From Saccharolobus islandicus REY15A (lineage in GTDB: Archaea > Thermoproteota > Thermoprotei_A > Sulfolobales > Sulfolobaceae): DNA of 64,000 bases. The DNA lies in the NCBI RefSeq assembly GCF_000189555.1, contig NC_017276.1, one strand, 5' to 3'. The notes beneath the pieces are model-generated. The model was given only the letters and a program-made list of their open reading frames with translations, searched no databases and had not been told where the DNA came from. The position numbers and the translations under genes were made by a program. Shown here one piece after another: positions 63,050 to 64,000 of this stretch; position 1 is the stretch's first letter; every line of letters begins with the position of its first letter.

Positions 63050-63480
63050 CCATATGCCTATTAAAACCCTTATCCTCTCCTTAATTCTCGCATCCTTCTC
63101 TTCCTCATAAGCTTGAACCAAATCTTGCATTGTTCAATTTGGAAATACCAGTCTATAAACTTTTCGGAAATATTAACGGTGCCCAGAAGTATTGGATGGG
63201 GATTATTGGTTACACTTCCTATAATTATGATAATCTACTGTTTTTATCCAGATCATTACTTGTTATATGATATCGTTCTAGACGGAATTTTAGTAGGCCC
63301 TTCTCACATGCTATTAGACGTATTCACAGAAAGGGAATTTATGTTAAGAGGAATGGGAAGTGGAAAAGATTCGCTCTAACACACTTCTCCTATGATAATC
63401 CTGCATTAAAAGAGGTTAGAGATCATGATCAAGATAATAAGTGAGACCACAAGAGAATATGATGCTAGAAGAGTTGCATT
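63050..63480 (+). pseudogene. DUF1286-like membrane protein remnant
   Basis: PRSIGWGL; VGPSHMLLDVFTE; frameshifted WKRFALTHFSYDNP. Confidence 0.65.
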
Positions 63481-63780
63481 TAGCACAGAAATCCCTAGGA
63501 TATAAGAAAACGTAACCGCAGGACTTGCACTTAATGTAAGGAAGTTTTTCCTTCTTCATAAGACTATAACGCTTCTACGTAACTACTAGTTATTTTATTA
63601 CAGTATTATTTATCATTTTAATAATTATTGAATTTTATCTTAATTTTAAAGTAAATATTTAACGGGAAATTCCACAGCTGTTAATTTAAACCATAACTAT
63701 CTATTAGGTTCATAAGAACCATATTACAACGCTATTAAGCTTTTTAACTGTAGTATCACCAGTTACTGTAGTGACTACAG

Positions 63781-64000
63781 TTGTTATTCGATCTTCACCC
63801 TAAGCAGAATAGAGAAGAATTATTCGGAAGGGACTATGAAATAGAATATGTTATAAACCAGATACTCTCGGGAAACTGGGTTATAATAGGCGGTCAAAGA
63901 GAAATAGGTAAAACTAGCCTAATGAAAGTTGTTATTAACGAGCTTAGAAAAAAGTATGGTTTTAAAGGGATTTATGTAAGTTTAAGGGGAGTTAGAAGCT
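63781..64000 (+). CDS. Start of an archaeal ATPase, cut by the window edge
   Basis: TTG start; LFDLHPK...LFGRD...GQREIGKTS. Confidence 0.8.
   Translation, partial: MLFDLHPKQNREELFGRDYEIEYVINQILSGNWVIIGGQREIGKTSLMKVVINELRKKYGFKGIYVSLRGVRS

Overview
Low-GC archaeal chromosomal DNA, most likely Sulfolobales (Saccharolobus islandicus-like). This is inferred from the IS types, the NRAMP-DPSL-Rieske-Crn1 cluster and a narK-narGHJI operon. The window is a mobile-element-rich variable region. Intact blocks are: a peptide-family ABC importer with a MupG/DUF871 gene; an alaX-cas3'-like-cas3''-like-glmS-like operon; an ABC exporter; a SuyAB-like/ComC-like/enolase-superfamily cluster with GntR and CitE-like genes; a NiCoT transporter; the nar operon; the DPSL cluster; a HEPN-MNT pair; and an orphan Csa3. 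Between these lie many IS elements and remnants (IS200/IS605 with TnpB, IS607, IS630, IS110, IS1, ISH3), a 203-bp MITE with an 8-bp target duplication, and many pseudogenes. No CRISPR array, tRNA or rRNA was seen. The strongest novel signal is a CRISPR-independent, intact pair of Cas3' helicase and Cas3'' HD-nuclease homologues whose catalytic motifs are substituted, coupled to AlaX and followed by a GlmS lacking its catalytic Cys1. All family assignments come from motifs and from remembered family sequences; no database search was run.
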